17,348 nt of DNA from Fibrobacteria bacterium (lineage in GTDB: Bacteria; Fibrobacterota; Fibrobacteria; UBA11236), in contig JBJHDK010000051.1 of the NCBI GenBank assembly GCA_050486505.1, positions 1 to 17,348 of the forward strand. The letters run 5' to 3'. How positions within the stretch are numbered: the stretch's first letter is position 1; every line of letters begins with the position of its first letter. Made by a program: the position numbers and the translations under genes. Below, piece after piece: positions 14,977-17,348 of this stretch. The notes beneath the pieces were generated by a model. That model worked only from the letters and a program-made list of their open reading frames with translations, was not told where the DNA came from and ran no database searches.

Positions 14977-16554
14977 ATGAAACGAACGATTCCGACCCGC
15001 GCCCCGAAGGCCATCGCGGCCGCCTGCATTGCCCTGACCTTCCTCGCCGCATTTCCGGCTCTTGCGCAGCAACGCGTGGTGGCCGTGGATTCCTCGCTCG
15101 TGAATCCGGTCTGGTCGGGTCATCCCGTGGATTTTTCGCTGGTGACGCACGGCGACAGCCTGTTTGCGGCGTACTACTACGGGAATACCCGGCAAATGCA
15201 TGTCTCGATGCGCGACCCCGCCACCGGACAGTGGAAACACAAGCCCATGACATGCTCGGCACCGTGTACCCCCCAAGTCAACTGGGACAGCCACAATTCG
15301 GTGACGATGGTCGTGGATGCCCAAGGGCTTTTGCACGTCGCCGGCAACATGCACAACCATGTCTTGCGGTATTGGCGATCCGATGTGCCCGGTGAAATCG
15401 ACAGTCTGCGGCACGTTCCGACCATGGTCGGTTCCAACGAGGGCAGCGTTACTTATCCCGTGTTCGTGAAGGCCAACAACGGGGATCTCATCTTCATTTA
15501 CCGAGACGGCGGCAGCGGCAGCGGCAACCACATCATCAACAAATGGAACCCCGAGACCCGGACATGGGGTCGGCTCCTGAGCACCAACCTGTTCACGGGG
15601 AGCAGCACCAGCGGCACGCGCAGCGTGTACTTCGGCGACAACGACGCCGGGCCGGTCGCCGGCCCCGATGGCCTGTATCACCTGTTCTGGTTCTGGCGCG
15701 CGACACCCAACGCGGCCACGACGCATCGCGTCAGCTACATTCGCTCGCCCGATCTTTCGACCTGGTACACGGCCACCTTCGCTCCCGTCACCCTGCCGAT
15801 CTCCTTCGACAACAATCCCGGCGTGATCGTCGACGATGTCCCCCAGTTCGCGGGCCTCATCAACCGCGGCCAGATCGGGTTCGACTCGCAAGATCGCCCG
15901 GTCATTTCATACCACAAGCACGATTCGACCCAGCCGGGCGGCTACACCCAGGTTTACAATGCACGCCTCGAGAACGGGCAATGGCAGGTTTACCGAACCA
16001 CCAGCTGGCCCTACCGCTGGAACTTCGGCGGCGGCGGCAGCCTCGTCATCCAGATCAGGCTGGGGCCAGTCACGTTGCAGCCCGATGGCCGTTTGACGCA
16101 GTGGTATTACCACTGGCAGCTGGGTCGGGGAATCATGGTGCTGAATGAGCAGACATTGCAGCCCGATACGGTTTTGCCCGATGCCTTCTGGCCCGCGGTG
16201 CTTGATACGGGGTATCGGGTGGAGAACAACGGATCCAATCCCTTGCCGATGGAAGTTCACTGGAAAATGGCGCGTTCATCGAAGGATCCCGCAGTGGTGC
16301 ATGCGCTGCGTTGGGAAACCTGGCCTGAAAACGCCGACCAGCCGCGGAGTTCAACACCTCCTGCGGGACAGTTGATGTATTACCGGATGTTCGATCCGAA
16401 CGTGCCGGCGTCGATCGTGCCGCTGCGCCCGCATCCCGCGGCTTCGCGCGCGCCGGTGCTGCGGATGGAAAACGGGCGGGTGGTCGTGCAGCCCGACGGC
16501 AAAGGACCGGTGGATGTGAAGGGGCGTTCTGTTCCGGCCGTGCCGTTGCGGTAG
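14977..16554 (+). CDS. Secreted BNR-4 family beta-propeller, polysaccharide lyase PL25 (ulvan lyase)-like
   Basis: Sec signal peptide MKRTIPTRAPKAIAAACIALTFLAAFPALA|QQ. Motifs WDSHNSVTM..D..G.LHVAGNMH...LRY, VTYPVF, YRDGGSGSG, HLFWFWR.TP, SYIRSPDL..W recognised from BNR_4/PL25 proteins. Short C-terminal tail ending DVKGRSV. ATG 14977 preferred over TTG 14896. Confidence 0.75.
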   Translation: MKRTIPTRAPKAIAAACIALTFLAAFPALAQQRVVAVDSSLVNPVWSGHPVDFSLVTHGDSLFAAYYYGNTRQMHVSMRDPATGQWKHKPMTCSAPCTPQVNWDSHNSVTMVVDAQGLLHVAGNMHNHVLRYWRSDVPGEIDSLRHVPTMVGSNEGSVTYPVFVKANNGDLIFIYRDGGSGSGNHIINKWNPETRTWGRLLSTNLFTGSSTSGTRSVYFGDNDAGPVAGPDGLYHLFWFWRATPNAATTHRVSYIRSPDLSTWYTATFAPVTLPISFDNNPGVIVDDVPQFAGLINRGQIGFDSQDRPVISYHKHDSTQPGGYTQVYNARLENGQWQVYRTTSWPYRWNFGGGGSLVIQIRLGPVTLQPDGRLTQWYYHWQLGRGIMVLNEQTLQPDTVLPDAFWPAVLDTGYRVENNGSNPLPMEVHWKMARSSKDPAVVHALRWETWPENADQPRSSTPPAGQLMYYRMFDPNVPASIVPLRPHPAASRAPVLRMENGRVVVQPDGKGPVDVKGRSVPAVPLR

Positions 16555-16571
16555 GGGAGGTTCCAATATCC

Positions 16572-16664
16572 GTCATCCCCGCGAAGGCGGATATGAGGTT
16601 AGTGGGGCCATTTTCTTCCAGCGCGTGCCCTCATGTCGTCACCCCGGCGAAGGCCGGGGTCCAG
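16572..16664. repeat. Two REP-like GTCA-headed palindromic repeats
   Basis: Complete copy GTC-ACCCCGGC-GAAG-GCCGGGGT-CCAG (16638-16664) and a 3'-truncated copy GTCATCCCCGCGAAGGCGG (16572-16590), in the same orientation. Confidence 0.75.
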
Positions 16665-16719
16665 TCAGCGAAGAATTGATCCAGAAGAAATCCATTCGCT
16701 TCTGATATTTGAATAAGTT

Positions 16720-17277
16720 GTGGCGATGCAAAGATTCTGGAATTTACCGCCGTGGGCTCAAGGTGGCTCGATTTTGTTTGCCCTCCTGCTGGCGTGTCTT
16801 CTGTTAATCAATTTGCCGTGGCGGAACGCAGGAAGCTTGGCGGAGTGGGTTTTGGCTATTGCAGCAATTGGCGCTCTTTGGTTTAGTGCTTGGTCATGGA
16901 AGCGGCTACGAGATCAATCAAGACAGGAGCTAAGGGCGTATCTGTTTGTTGACGAACATTCGAAAATTCACGATCCTGGAGCTTGTGATATTACTGAGAA
17001 AATGAGGCTCAAGTTCCCTCTATCAATCAAGAATCATGGTCGTACTCCTGCATACAATGTTCGTTTTTTTGTTGGTCTGGAGATCGGGCGGATCGAAGAA
17101 CCTGAAAATCTGGATGTCGCAGCATTAGTAGCATTGCGTATGAAGACAAATATGACGCCGTCCTTTATCATGGCGCCTCAGCATGAGGCGCCATGTGAGG
17201 CGGTTCGTCCTGATTCAAGACCATTGTCGCTGATGCCTGGTTGGTCTGAGTATAGCCGGAATTTCGGTCCAGTTTGA
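16720..17277 (+). CDS. Hypothetical membrane protein, lower GC, possibly 3'-truncated
   Basis: 185-codon ORF (GTG 16720 or ATG 16726) with two N-terminal hydrophobic helices, then QSRQELRAYLFV and IKNHGRTPAYNV, a pattern I recognise from accessory hypothetical proteins. Many A/T-ending codons compared with the dcw genes. Confidence 0.65.
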   Translation: MAMQRFWNLPPWAQGGSILFALLLACLLLINLPWRNAGSLAEWVLAIAAIGALWFSAWSWKRLRDQSRQELRAYLFVDEHSKIHDPGACDITEKMRLKFPLSIKNHGRTPAYNVRFFVGLEIGRIEEPENLDVAALVALRMKTNMTPSFIMAPQHEAPCEAVRPDSRPLSLMPGWSEYSRNFGPV

Positions 17278-17348
17278 AGTTTAGTCACCCTACCCGAATC
17301 GTTCGATTTTGGGGTAGGCGGTAGCCGGGGGCCGGTACCCCAAACGGC

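Noticed and set aside
16572..16664. Possible CRISPR array or attC-type cassette site
   Set aside because: Only two non-identical copies, one truncated; no cas or integrase gene in the window; the structure fits REP-like palindromes better.

Overview
GC-rich bacterial window dominated by a + strand division and cell wall (dcw) cluster: mraZ-rsmH-ftsL-ftsI-murE-murF-ftsW-murC-ftsQ-ftsA-ftsZ (2246-14816). It has an upstream promoter overlapped by 10-bp-periodic MraZ-type boxes and ends at a clear intrinsic terminator. The cluster is compact and translationally coupled, but mraY, murD, murG, murB and ddl are missing from their usual slots, and FtsI lacks most of its pedestal head subdomain. Downstream lie a secreted BNR-4/PL25-like beta-propeller (probable polysaccharide lyase), two REP-like palindromes and a lower-GC hypothetical membrane protein gene. 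Upstream is a 5'-truncated vWA-like membrane protein gene. The first ~340 bases encode a eukaryote-type tandem B-box (TRIM-like) zinc-finger fragment that breaks off where the bacterial ORF begins; this is most simply an assembly chimera, though real transfer is not excluded. Host lineage is tentatively Fibrobacterota/FCB (inference). I see no convincing wholly new system; the oddities are ranked in the findings.
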